Origin: Octopus bimaculoides
Taxonomy: Eukaryota
Assembly: GCF_001194135.2 (NCBI RefSeq)
Contig: NC_068984.1
Coordinates: 141,227,972-141,291,971 of the forward strand
Length of the DNA stretch: 64,000 nt
Direction of reading: 5' to 3'
In this document: positions 24,901 to 37,299 of the stretch, one piece after another
How positions within the stretch are numbered: the first letter of the stretch is position 1
Layout: every line of letters begins with the position of its first letter
The notes under the pieces: generated by a model
Told to the model about the DNA's origin: nothing
Databases searched by the model: none
What the model saw: the letters and a program-made list of their open reading frames with translations, nothing else
Made by a program: the position numbers and the translations under genes

Positions 24901-25001
24901 GAAAACAAGTGTCCAGTGGTGTGAAGCAGCAGAGCCAAAACTCCAAGATAACAAGTTACCATGTTCTTTGTTGATAATTTCTGTTGGTCAAGTAGCCTCA
25001 G
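24901..25001 (+). CDS. PSMG1: PSMG1 exon 2 ((W)KTSVQWCEAAEPKLQDNKLPCSLLIISVGQVAS)
   Basis: Acceptor ttttttgtag, donor g|gtaaag. Phases 2/1 join exons 1 and 3 in frame. LPCSLLIISVGQVA aligns with human YPCSKFIIAIGNNA. Confidence 0.93.
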
Positions 25002-26164
25002 GTAAAGTAATCTTGTGGTCATTGTAAATCCAGCACATTCTGTAAAGAGGTTGGTGAGTGAATGGGGGCAACATTGGGTAGAGAGGGCTTGTTAGTCTTA
25101 CCGAGGACATGACAACTTTGCTAGTGCTGGTGATTTGATAAAATACACATTAATACACTCTGTAAAGAAGCTGGTCATATGAAGGGTATCCAACCATAGA
25201 AATGGTGCCAAAAGTAGTTGTACAAATCAAGCATGGAACCTGATGCATCAACGGAAACCACAACTCCAAATAAAGAACTGACTCAGATTGTAACCATGAC
25301 AGCATAAAACAACGGCCGAAAAATGGTTGTTTGGTATGGAAATATAGATTTTTCCCAGGGCTTCCACAGGTTCCCCAAGTGAGATTGGAGCAACCAATGT
25401 TGTGCTTCAACTATTACAAGTTGGCACCTGCTGGAAAATAAATACTGACACGGTGCTTTTTTACATGCCAGTCTGGTAGTGCTGCCTGACTGGTATGTAA
25501 AAAGCACCATTCGAGCGTGGTTGATGCCAGTGCCACTTGACTGGCTCCCAAGCAGGTGGCACGTAAAAAGCACGGAGTGGTTGGCTTTAGGAAGGGCATC
25601 CAGCTGTAGAACCCTTACCAGAACAGATTGTAGCTTAGTGCGGCCTCCTGGCTTGCCGGTCCTCAATCAAACCGTCCAACCCATGCCAGCATGGAGAGCG
25701 GACGTTAAACGATGATGATGATGAAGACGGAAATTTTAGGAATAAGAAAAAATGGTTTGTATGGAGTTCGGTGTTGGAATTTTGGAAGGAAGAAAGTGGA
25801 GGACGTTGGGTGGGTCTCAAATAGAGGTAACATGAAATCTCTCCTTAGACCCACCTGTGGTGCAGAAGCCACTGTTGAAGAACAGCAGAAGAGGCAGAAT
25901 GAGGAATCGATATATTTGTGGATCAATAGATGGCCTGTATTGGTGATTGAATAAACAACATCTTCATAAATATTTGTGGTCTTTATTAATAAGTTTGATG
26001 CAAACCACCTCATCTTCCATCCTTCTTGGGTCAGTAAATTGAGTACCATTTAATTACTAGGATCAATATATAGATAATCGATATGCCCCCCCCCCCAACA
26101 CACACACCTCAAAATGTATGGCCTTGTGCTCGTTACTATTTATCATTTCTTCATATTTTTGTAG

Positions 26165-26346
26165 GTTTTTGCCAGGCGTATTTGCTAAAGGAAAGCACCA
26201 AACCCGCTGGATGGCTGTCCACCTCCTTGACCACTGATGACCCAACTCTTGATCATAATGCTGAAGTGCATCTCTGTGGGAAAGACTCTGTGTTTATTCA
26301 GTGCACAAAGGAAATATCACCAGAGCAATCGTTCTGCTGGGTGCAC
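26165..26346 (+). CDS. PSMG1: PSMG1 exon 3 ((G)FCQAYLLKES...VFIQCTKEISPEQSFCWVH); 3' end lost in gap 26347-27255
   Basis: Acceptor catatttttgtag, phase 1. VFIQCTKEISPEQSFCWV resembles human VFLCQCSCYVAEDQQYQWL. Confidence 0.9.
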
Positions 26347-27719
26347 NNNNNNNNNNNNNNNNNNNNNNNNNNNNNNNNNNNNNNNNNNNNNNNNNNNNNN
26401 NNNNNNNNNNNNNNNNNNNNNNNNNNNNNNNNNNNNNNNNNNNNNNNNNNNNNNNNNNNNNNNNNNNNNNNNNNNNNNNNNNNNNNNNNNNNNNNNNNNN
26501 NNNNNNNNNNNNNNNNNNNNNNNNNNNNNNNNNNNNNNNNNNNNNNNNNNNNNNNNNNNNNNNNNNNNNNNNNNNNNNNNNNNNNNNNNNNNNNNNNNNN
26601 NNNNNNNNNNNNNNNNNNNNNNNNNNNNNNNNNNNNNNNNNNNNNNNNNNNNNNNNNNNNNNNNNNNNNNNNNNNNNNNNNNNNNNNNNNNNNNNNNNNN
26701 NNNNNNNNNNNNNNNNNNNNNNNNNNNNNNNNNNNNNNNNNNNNNNNNNNNNNNNNNNNNNNNNNNNNNNNNNNNNNNNNNNNNNNNNNNNNNNNNNNNN
26801 NNNNNNNNNNNNNNNNNNNNNNNNNNNNNNNNNNNNNNNNNNNNNNNNNNNNNNNNNNNNNNNNNNNNNNNNNNNNNNNNNNNNNNNNNNNNNNNNNNNN
26901 NNNNNNNNNNNNNNNNNNNNNNNNNNNNNNNNNNNNNNNNNNNNNNNNNNNNNNNNNNNNNNNNNNNNNNNNNNNNNNNNNNNNNNNNNNNNNNNNNNNN
27001 NNNNNNNNNNNNNNNNNNNNNNNNNNNNNNNNNNNNNNNNNNNNNNNNNNNNNNNNNNNNNNNNNNNNNNNNNNNNNNNNNNNNNNNNNNNNNNNNNNNN
27101 NNNNNNNNNNNNNNNNNNNNNNNNNNNNNNNNNNNNNNNNNNNNNNNNNNNNNNNNNNNNNNNNNNNNNNNNNNNNNNNNNNNNNNNNNNNNNNNNNNNN
27201 NNNNNNNNNNNNNNNNNNNNNNNNNNNNNNNNNNNNNNNNNNNNNNNNNNNNNNNATTTCGAGCGTGGCCGTTTTCGTGCGGGTGACACGTAAAAGCACC
27301 CACTACACTCTCTGAGTGGTTGGCGTTAGGAAGGGCATCCAGCTGTAGAAACTCTGCCAAATTAGATTGGAGCCTGGTGTTGCCATCCGGTTTCACCAGT
27401 CCTCAGTCAAATCGTCCAACCCATGCTAGCATGGAAAGCGGACGTTAAACGACGATGATGATGATGATGTAAGACACTTGTATCCACAATGTAATCCTCA
27501 GGCAATGTCAACATAACAGTGTGTGTTTGACAAGGCTGTACTTTTTGAATTTAGAGACAGAATCTATTTGCTAGACCTCTATGCAGTCTCCATTTCCCCA
27601 GTTTCATTCACAAGATTTGGATTAATTTGTGATAATACAAAATGACATTGTTTCAAAATGCCATGGAGTACAATCAAACCCAGGACTTTGTAGTTCCAAA
27701 GCAAATGGGTTAACCATTA

Positions 27720-28243
27720 AGCCTGGTGCATATTTGATCAGGTATCAGAAGATGCAGCAGCCATCATGTCAAGTTCATTGTGCAGAACATTCTCAACTCT
27801 CTTACAAGATGAGCCAATAGCATTGGCTTTCAATCCATCACCATGTGGTGAACATGATCATTGGTGACAGTTGCAGGATATCCAGACCCTGGGTCATCTT
27901 CAAGACTCTCCCTTCCCCTCCTAAATTCAGCTGTCCACTTTTGCACTGTTGCTAAAGGTGGAACATCATCCCTTAATGTAGCAGCCATGCCAGCATGAAT
28001 GTCGTTGGGGGCTAAACCCTTTTCCTACAGGTACTTCATAACACCACAATGCCAAGTTTTTTGTGTACATTTTCAAGAGAAGTCACTACTAGTTACCTTT
28101 TGATGTCTTCTTTGAACAATCAGATGTCAGTTTATCTGGAAAGAAACAATTAGGTTATTAATAAGAAGAGGTTGGAATTAATGCACACAAGATTTCTCAC
28201 CTTTAAACATCACTCATTATGAACTTCTCAGCCGACCTTCATA
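27720..28243 (-). mobile_element. Decayed mariner transposon, TIR plus N-terminal HTH region, in PSMG1 intron 3
   Basis: TIR-like TA-TGAAGGTCGGCTGAGAAGTTC. Translation GVMKYL*EKGLAPNDIHAGM...ATVQKWTAEF, SLEDDPGSGYPATVT and HLLIPDQICTR, with stops and frameshifts. Confidence 0.85.
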
Positions 28244-28445
28244 TAAATCTGTTGTATCAAGGCAGAGTTTATTGTTTTTGACCAATAAGAACAGAATATG
28301 TGAAGATCTGAAATCAGCCCTTCAAAAAAACAAAATAAGCACATGTCCCTTCAAATGCTAACTTATAAAACTAAATATATATTTGACCCACTTTGCATAA
28401 AACCTATTTTTCATTGTTGCTTCTTGTTTCTGAAATTCTTTGCAG

Positions 28446-28650
28446 GTCTTTGATTCTCTCCAGATGAACTCCACTGAAGTGTTTGTTCTTACTTCAGCGC
28501 CAGCTAGTGACTTCCAAACTGAAGCCTCTCTTTCTCAATTAACAGTACCATTTCTTCGTACTTTAAGAAGTTCCAGTACATGTTGCTTGCAGAGACCGCC
28601 TTGTCCTTACCTTGAACAACCAAATCTTATTTCTTCTCTCTCAGCACAAA
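28446..28650 (+). CDS. PSMG1: PSMG1 exon 4 (VFDSLQMNSTEVFVLTS...PFLRTLRSS...CPYLEQPNLISSLSAQ)
   Basis: Acceptor ttctttgcag, donor A|gttagt. PFLRxL and CPxLEQPN are PSMG1 hallmarks. Confidence 0.96.
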
Positions 28651-29735
28651 GTTAGTTTAACGAACTCTTTTATTTACTCATTTTTTGTCTATATCTTGTG
28701 TGTGTGTGTGTGTATAAAGATGAAATTAAATAGAGAGATACAATTGACAATCCAATGATTTATTTATATTATAATATAATATACTATGAATCTATCTTTA
28801 AACTTGACCTATGAAGAGACTTATATTTAAGGGAATTGTTTATATATCAAAAAATGTAATATAAGTCGAAATAAATTGTTGGCATTTTGATGTTTTAACA
28901 ATTGTTTATGTTATTTGAAATTATGTTATATATAAATAAATTATTGGATTGTCAATTGTATCTCTCTATTTATTTTTATCTTTGTAAATTGCCTTATACC
29001 CCTATTTATGTGGTATTCAACCGACGTACTAATCAAATGGATGTTTTACATACCCCTCTGAAGAAATTTTTTTCCTTAGTTTGTTCGTGCTTTCCCCACT
29101 CTCGCCTCCTCCACCTCCTAACACCATCACACCACACCACACTACACCATACCACACAACACACCACCACACACACACCAGCACTGACCAATTCCCATCC
29201 CCACATTTTTACACATACACACGCACATGTCAAGATCACCAGCCCTCTTTCACACGCACATACATACTCTCTTACACACACGTGCACCTTCGTTTTGGGA
29301 TCACCATTACTTTTTTATCTCCCCTTCTTCTTCCTAGCTCTCCTGTGTGACCCCTCTGTCCGGCATTCGCTATGATAGATCGCTATCCACTACACATTCT
29401 TTATTTTCTCTCCTTGTTTCTTTCTGTGTTCCTTTCTGTAGANNNNNNNNNNATATATTCATGCCAGCATGGAAGACGAACATTAAGCGATGATTATATA
29501 TATATATATATATATATCTTCATTTAACATCCACCTTCCATGCTAGCAGGGATGGGACAGTTTGACAAGAACTGGCCCGGCAGAAGCCTGCACCAGACTT
29601 CTGTGACTGTTTTGGCAGGATTTTTACAGCTGGATGCCCTTCCAAATGCCAACCACTCAGCAGAGTGGACTAAGTGCTTTTAATAACATCGAAAAATACC
29701 TTAGGAATGAGAACTCCGGTTTGAAATTTCCATGA

Positions 29736-29781
29736 GACACCTGATGAAGGCTGGAGGGTATATCAGCCGAAATGTTGTGTT
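29736..29781 (+). ncRNA. Minimal hammerhead-ribozyme motif in PSMG1 intron 4 (sense)
   Basis: gacac-CTGATGA-A-GGCTG(GAGGGTATAT)CAGCC-GAAA-TG-TT-gtgtt: canonical core, stem I 5 bp, stem II 5 bp. Confidence 0.7.
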
Positions 29782-30012
29782 AACAACAAACAAGATGAAG
29801 ACAAATATCCGTAAAATGTAAATAATGTACATAATACCTTGTCTCTTAAATATAGAACTGCAAATGATGTTTGTCTCTGAGTATCCATTATTTATTCTGT
29901 CTTCTGTTAAATACATATTCTCTATGTCTGTTTTGTCTTGTAATGATTAAATACAGTCTTAAATTTTTTCCAATTCCTATTCTATATTATTTCTTGTTTT
30001 CTCTTCATTCAG

Positions 30013-30149
30013 TTCTGACCTATTGCCAAATCTTTAGAATTCTTGCCCAGTTATTTGTCTGCTATTGTGAGTCCATACACATCGATTCCACTACAATCAA
30101 AGCGTTTTCACCTCTTCTCAAACTTGATAAATTTGTGTCCATTACTCAG
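30013..30149 (+). CDS. PSMG1: PSMG1 exon 5 ((I)LTYCQIFRILAQLFVCYCESIHIDSTTIKAFSPLLKLDKFVSITQ)
   Basis: Acceptor cttcattcag, donor cag|gtaaga. Aligns with human VLSYCQVWKIPAILYLCY...TVEAFKPIL. Confidence 0.96.
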
Positions 30150-31566
30150 GTAAGAATTGATTTTGGTTTTTTATTGTCAAAAGATTGTTGTCATCATCAT
30201 CATCATTTAACATCCTTTTTCCATGCTGGCATAGGTTGGACAGTTTGACTTGGAGTTGGCCTGCCAGGGAGCTGTCCAGATTCCAGTTGTCTGTTGTGGC
30301 ATGGTTTCTACAGCTGGATGCCCTTCCTAATGCCAACCACTTTACGGAGGGTGCTGGGTGCTTTTTACATGATAAATAATCATTGAGATATATACATGAC
30401 ATGTGATATTGAGATATATATGTGTGCGTATGTATATATATATTTATATGTATGTATATTTATGTATATTATATATATGTATATTTATATTTATATATTA
30501 TTTATGTGTCTGCCTGATCAGATTGGAGTCTGGTGTAGCCATCTGGTTCACCAGTCCCCAGTCAAATCGTCCAACCCATGCTAGCATGGAAAGCGGACGT
30601 TAAGTGATGATGATGACGACGATGTGTGTATACATGTGTGTGTGTATCAGACTTAAAATAAATATTGATTTCAAATTTTGGCACAAGGTCAGCATTTTGG
30701 AGGAAAGAACTAAATCGATTCCATTGACCCCAGTGCATAACTGGTACTTATTTTACTGACTCCAAAAGGATGAAAGGTAAAATCAACTCAGTGAAATTTG
30801 AACTCAGAAAGTACAGATGGATAAAATACCACGAAACATTTTGCCTGGCATGCTAATAATTCTGCCAGCTCGCTGCCTTGAACTTAAAATATATACTGGT
30901 GTCAGTTTGACTCACTAAACCCTTCCAGGCACTGCTCCATCATGGCCACAGTCTAACAATTAAAACAAATAAAAGAACTAATAACAGCAGAAGGTAATGT
31001 TTATCCCCACTTAAAAGTGGATGTTGTGTTAGAACACACAATACTGCATTAGTTACCATGAGAGAACCTCTCATATGGATTTGTGGTGCATATAAGCACT
31101 CTTGTTTATATCGCTAGAGGGAGATAATCATCCACCATCGCCACAGCTGTGACTGCCAAGTCATGTGATTTCAGCCTTCCTTGACTTTGTCAGTGGTAGA
31201 CGCCCGGAGGCAAGAAATAGCAGCAATTCCTCCACTTGTGATGTACATAGAATTACAGCTGTCACAAATAGCCAGTGGGCTTATTAAAAAGAGTACTTTA
31301 TTAGGGAGAGAAGGGCAGTTGTACATGGCCCTTTATTTTTTTCAGGGCCTAGACTGGTGAAGTGGAAGAGAGGTAGGTATCCTCAAATCAGTGACCTACT
31401 CTGAATACTTGCAAAGGAGTGGGACCTGCTAAAGGTTTCCATATTGCCTGATAGTGATATTAAGTCAAGTGATGGATTAAGTTGACCAAACAATAAAAAG
31501 TCTCTTTATTTGAAGTTCAATGTTTCATAAGAGAAACATGTCTGGTGATTCATTGCTGAAAATTTA

Positions 31567-31960
31567 TAGGTGCAGGAGTGGTTGTGTGGTAAGTAGCTTG
31601 CTTACCAACCACATGGTTCCGGGTTCGGTCCCACTGCGTGGCACCTTGAGCAAGTGTCTTCTACTATAGCCTCAGGCCGACCAAAGCCTTGTGAGTGGAT
31701 TTGGTAGACGGAAACTGAAAGAAGCCCGTCGTATATATATATATATATATATATATGTCTGTGTTTGTCCCCTCAACATTGCTTGACAATTGATGCTGGT
31801 GTGGTTACGTCCCCGTAACTTAGCAGTTCAGCAAAAGAGACCGATAGAATAAGTACTAGGCATCCAAAGAATAAGTCCTGGGGTCGGTTTGCTTGACTAA
31901 AGGCGGTGCTCCAGCATGGCCACAGTCAAATGACTGAAACAAGTAAAAGAGTAAAAGAGA
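31567..31960 (+). mobile_element. SINE family D (internal microsatellite, tail ctccagcatggccgcagtcaaatgactgaaacaag). Copies at about 15735-15995, 18485-18781(-), 22120-22358, 24060-24600(-), 38050-38140(-), 45405-45812, 49330-49870(-), 50030-50400, 50405-50770, 52853-53230, 54350-54645, 57110-57200, 62231-62337(-)
   Basis: Repeated ggttccgggttcagtcccactgcgtggcaccttgggcaagtgtcttctactatagc and ccttgtgagtggatttggtagacggaaactgaaagaagccc. Confidence 0.9.
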
Positions 31961-32091
31961 GTCCATTAGTCAAGGTATCCATTTCATTCCTCCTCTGTCT
32001 ATGTTTCCAATGTTTCCAGTCCAAAACCTCTTCATTAAATTCTTTATTGAGATTTTTCTTGTGATTGGTATTCTTTTCCCCCCTTTTTCAG

Positions 32092-32166
32092 AATGAAACT
32101 TTTGCAAGTGCAGCAATCAAGAAATTCGTTGATCTTCATTCTCCTTCAAATTCCCTTTACTTATAA
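32092..32166 (+). CDS. PSMG1: PSMG1 terminal coding exon 6 (NETFASAAIKKFVDLHSPSNSLYL*)
   Basis: Acceptor ccctttttcag, phase 0. C-terminal SNSLYL* resembles human QSNIYT*. AATAAA follows 9 nt after the stop. Confidence 0.9.
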   Translation, partial: NETFASAAIKKFVDLHSPSNSLYL

Positions 32167-32174
32167 CTTGAAAT

Positions 32175-32180
32175 AATAAA
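32175..32180 (+). terminator. Candidate polyadenylation signal (AATAAA) of PSMG1
   Basis: AATAAA immediately after the stop codon. Actual use is not verifiable from sequence. Confidence 0.45.
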
Positions 32181-32351
32181 GTATTTAAAATTTGCCTTAT
32201 GTTACTATTATTTCTATGTGTGTCCCCTAACCCTGTCACCATTTTGATTTCTACATGGGCCTAAGCAGAGTAAGGACAAGCAGTTGATAGAATTAACCTC
32301 TGTGTTTAACTGGTCCTTTATTTTGTCAACCCTGGTAGATTGAAAGATTAA

Positions 32352-32532
32352 CCCTTCAGTATTTAGACCAGCCAGATCCAGCCTCTCACACCTACTCTAC
32401 CTTGTCATTCTAGAAAATATACAATCACATTTTCGAAATCATGAAGCTACAAGATAAAGCATGATTAATTCAAAACAGTGAGAATATAAATAAGCATTAC
32501 ATTTCATTTAAGGTTATCTGAATGCTAAAGGG
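32352..32532. mobile_element. piggyBac-type MITE, 181 bp, nested in a SINE
   Basis: TTAA at 32348-32351 and 32533-32536. TIRs CCCTTCAGTATT / rc CCCTTTAGCATT. The SINE motif gatgaaagg...gttgacc resumes after the insertion. Confidence 0.78.
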
Positions 32533-32749
32533 TTAAGTTGACCCACAAGATTTGAACAGTGATTTATAACAATTCTTTCAACAATAAGCAGCACAAGACC
32601 TAAAATTTGCAGGAAGATTACTTATTTCCTCGACCCCTGAAAGGATCGTGTTCTAAGTAGAATTTGAACTCAGAAGGTCAAGCCAAGTGGAGAGCTGTTA
32701 AGCATTTTGTCCGGTGTGCCAACAACTCCGTCAGGTAAGGGGGAAGGGA

Positions 32750-33326
32750 ACGTATGGCCAACCAGACGGAACAGCATTAACTTTCCACAACCAAACTAAA
32801 TGGTTACTATTTATAAAAAAGAAACAAGACATTATGATTTCATTGAGCCTGGCTCATCAATCACGGCCAAAGTATACTGCAGCCAACTGGACCAAATGAC
32901 GCAGAAACGTACAAAGAAAACAGCCTAGATTAGTCAACAGGTCCACTCCTATTTTATTACAAGACAACGCCAGACCATACATCGCAAAAATGACATTGGC
33001 GAAACTAGAAGAGTTGCTGTTGAAAGTTCATTATCCACCAATCCTGATCTTGCCCCACGGTCTACCACTTCTTCCAGAATTTGGATAACTTTTTGATTGG
33101 AAAAAAATTTAATCCCGACGATGATGTAAAACAGGCATTCCAAGATATTATTGATTCTAGATTGCCAGGCTTTTACAGTTCCGGGCTGTACAGGCGACCG
33201 CTGAAATAGCAAAAGTGTATTGACAATATGGGCGCATACTTTGATGAATAAAACTATTCCTTGTATTTATAAAACATTAGCAATCTTTTTTTCTGTTCTA
33301 CACATTTCATACTTGACGACTTAATA
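32750..33326 (+). mobile_element. Decayed mariner transposase catalytic C-terminus and right TIR
   Basis: HYDFIEPGSSITAKVYCSQLDQM, PRLVNRSTPILLQDNARPY, PDLAP, YHFFQNLDNFLIGKKF, QKCIDNMGAYFDE* are DD34D motifs. Ends in ...CATACTTGACGACTTAA-TA. Confidence 0.92.
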
Positions 33327-36300
33327 CGTTGCGTCTCAAAAGACAGGATGTGATGGTCACAGCGGAACGGCTTTGTTCATAGATAGCTAATCACTTTCTG
33401 CTATAGGCACAAGACCTGAAATGTTTTGGGAAGGGGGTAAGTCAATTACATAGACCCCAATACTCAACTGGTACTTAATTTATCGCTTCCGAAAGGATGA
33501 AAGGCAAAGTCGACCTCGGCGGAATTTAAACTCAGAACTCAGCTCTACTCACTAATAATATCCGCAGAGTACGGTAGAGGGGAGACAACTCGGTGTAAGG
33601 TACATGACTTCCATTACTACAAAATTTAATAATCCTTTTTACTGGAAGTACAAGACCTCGAATTTGTGGAGAGGGGACTGGTAGATTACATTGACCCCAG
33701 TGTTTCAATGGTACTTAATTTAATGATCCCCAAACGGATGAAAGGCAAAGTCGACCTCGGCGGAATTTGAACGCAGAACGTAAAGACAGACGAAATACCG
33801 CTAAGCATTTCGCCCGGCGTGCTAACGATTCTTCCAACTCGCTGCCTTAATGTAATGTAAAGAATATTTTCTACTCTAGGCACAAGGCCCGAAATTTGTG
33901 GGGAGGGGGCCAGTCGATTAGATGGACTCCAGAATGCAACTGGTACTTTATTCATCGACCCCGAAAGAATGAAAGGCAAAGTCGACCTCGGCGGAATTTG
34001 AACTCAGAACATAAAGACAGACAAAGTGTAGCTCTAGCAATATTACTTCAATTATCATAAGGCGGTGAGCTGGCAGAATCGTAAGCACGCCGGGCGAAAT
34101 GCTTAGTGGTATAATAATAATAATAATAATGTATATGACTTGAGATGTTTGCCTTGTCGTAACGTTTGTTGTCCTCTTAACAATTACACACACACACTGT
34201 CAATTCAGTCGATCGAATAACGGAACACTCGTCGACAAACAACGAAGACCCATGAACTGCTGATCAAATAAATGAATAAATTCGTTCTGACTGTTCAACA
34301 CATTCACTTAAACCACACACACGCATTTCACTTCAATCAGAAAATTCAATGTAAAGCTGTAGAGTTATTTCCCTTATACAAGGTTCTGATTCTTCATTTC
34401 AACTCCGTTCATTGGTTGTTAGTATTAGTTACAGTTATGTAGTTAAAATGCTCGATTCGTAATTAAGAGATCTCGTGTTCGATCCTGCTGCGTGGTATTT
34501 CGAGCAACTGCTTTAACCATAGCCCTGTGAGTGAAATTAGGTCGGCAGAAGCTGTTGGCGGAATTGTACTTGTAATTGAAAAATTCATCTTTGTCTCTCA
34601 TCCTGTTCCGCTGATTCAGTCTGAGAATAACGGAAAGGGTACACGTCTATCCTTTACGTTATTCTCGGGTATACTGGGAATAGATTCTCAGGTATATTCG
34701 ATTAAATAAACAAAGGAATCAGCGCTAGGTTAGTCATTAAGCAAAATAAACACGTGCTCTGAACATCAAGAGAAGGACGTGGCACCACAGAAATGGTAGA
34801 TGGTTTACAGCACAAGAGAAATCACTTTAACCTTGCAAAAATGATATTCGAAGTGGTTTCTATGATAAAAAGATATAATTACGAAGTGTTCATGGTGTCA
34901 TAGTGAGGATTTCGTTCCAGCACACGATCTCAGATCAGGTCACTTGCTATGCAAGTACATCTCTGTTAGTTTTATTTTCTTTTGAAAAATAAAAATTTAT
35001 TTTATGGTTTATTATTGTTTACATTTTGAACTATTTACGGCGGAGGTAAAGATCATGGACCGTACCGCNNNNNNNNNNNNNNNNNNNNNNNNNNNNNNNN
35101 NNNNNNNNNNNNNNNNNNNNNNNNNNNNNNNNNNNNNNNNNNNNNNNNNNNNNNNNNNNNNNNNNNNNNNNNNNNNNNNNNNNNNNNNNNNNNNNNNNNN
35201 NNNNNNNNNNNNNNNNNNNNNNNNNNNNNNNNNNNNNNNNNNNNNNNNNNNNNNNNNNNNNNNNNNNNNNNNNNNNNNNNNNNNNNNNNNNNNNNNNNNN
35301 NNNNNNNNNNNNNNNNNNNNNNNNNNNNNNNNNNNNNNNNNNNNNNNNNNNNNNNNNNNNNNNNNNNNNNNNNNNNNNNNNNNNNNNNNNNNNNNNNNNN
35401 NNNNNNNNNNNNNNNNNNNNNNNNNNNNNNNNNNNNNNNNNNNNNNNNNNNNNNNNNNNNNNNNNNNNNNNNNNNNNNNNNNNNNNNNNNNNNNNNNNNN
35501 NNNNNNNNNNNNNNNNNNNNNNNNNNNNNNNNNNNNNNNNNNNNNNNNNNNNNNNNNNNNNNNNNNNNNNNNNNNNNNNNNNNNNNNNNNNNNNNNNNNN
35601 NNNNNNNNNNNNNNNNNNNNNNNNNNNNNNNNTTTAAATTTTGAGCTGGCAGAATCGTTAGCATGCTAGGTGAAAAATTCCGCTGAAGTCGACTTTGCCT
35701 TTCATCCTTTTGGGGTTGATAAATCAAATACCAGTTGAGTACTGGGGTCGATGTAATCGACTTTCTTCCCTTCCCCCAAATTTCAGGCCTTGTGCTTATA
35801 GTAGAAAGGACAATTGTTAGCACGCCGGGCGAAATGCTTAGCGGCATTTCGTCTGTCTTTACATTCTGAGTTCAAATTCCGCTGAGGTCAACTTTGCATT
35901 TCATCCTTTTGGGGGTCAATAAATTAAGTACCAGTGAAGAACTGGGTCGATGTAATCGACTAGTCCTCTCCCCACAAAGATTTCAGGCCTTGTGCCTATA
36001 GCAGAAAGGATTATTCTGGCCAGTCTAAGGCAGTGAGCTGGTAGGATCATTACCATGTTAGATGAAATGCTTAACAAAATTTCACTCGTTCTGAGTTCAA
36101 ATTTCACCGAGGTCAACTATACCTTTCATCCATTCAGGGTCGATAAACTAATTACCAGTTGCGTACTGGGGTCGATCTAATCAACTGGCCCCCTTCCCAA
36201 AAATTTCGGGGCTTCTGCCTAGAGTAGAAGAAAGTAAGTAGCGATTGAACACTGAGGTCGATGTAACTGACCAGATCTCTCCGCCAAACTTGCTGGCCTT

Positions 36301-37253
36301 GTGACAAAATCTGAAATCAATATTTATTCATAGAATACAGTGGCAAGATGGCAGAATCATTAGCATGCCAGGCAAAAAAGTTAGCGGTATTTCATCTGTC
36401 TATGTTCTGAGTTCAAATCCCAGTGAGGGTGACTTTGTCCCTCATTCTTTCAGGGGCAGTAAAACAGGCACCAGTTGAACATTGAGGTTGATGTAACTGA
36501 CTTACCCTCTGCCTTGAAATTGCTGGCCTTGTACCAAAATTTGAAACCAGCTGCCTGACTGGCTCCTGTGCCGGTGACATGTAAAAAGCACCCACTACAC
36601 TCTTGGAATGGTTGGCGTTAAGAAGGGCATCCAGCTGTAGAAACTTTGCCAGATCAGACTGGAAAGCGGATGTTGAACAATGACGATGACAGCGACGACG
36701 ACGATGATGATGATGATGAGGAGGAGGAGGAGGATATGATGATGATATTGAAGTTCATGTATGTGCATGTAGATGTGTGTGTATGTATATCTCTATATAT
36801 AATCATATATGTGTATATGTGCGTCTGAATGCATCTGTACACACAAACACACACATACACACACAAACACACACATACACACACAAACACACACACACAC
36901 ATACACACACAAACACACACACACACACATACACATAATACACGCACAATCCACACTGAAATACATCTACGACCTTCTATATAACTCCGCATCATGTCCA
37001 GTCAATAAATATATCAGCAGAAATGTTAATAATTCATAAAAACCATTATGAAAAACAATCCATTTAATGACCATCGCCTCTTTGTTACTTTGCCAAACAA
37101 GTCTGCAATTTTTGGAGAATATTTACTAATTATTCTTTCTCCCAGATGAGACCGGAATATGAAACAGACATGAGATTTCTGCAACTTCTCAGAGTTCTTA
37201 ATATGTTTTAGTAGCAAATTAATGGCTATAATGATGAGATGGAATGTTTTATG

Positions 37254-37299
<46 letters not shown>

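Noticed and set aside
25705-26049. 114-aa minus-strand ORF in PSMG1 intron 2
   Set aside because: No recognisable family. It contains a decayed SINE motif (tttactgacccaagaaggatggaag) and runs into a family E tail.
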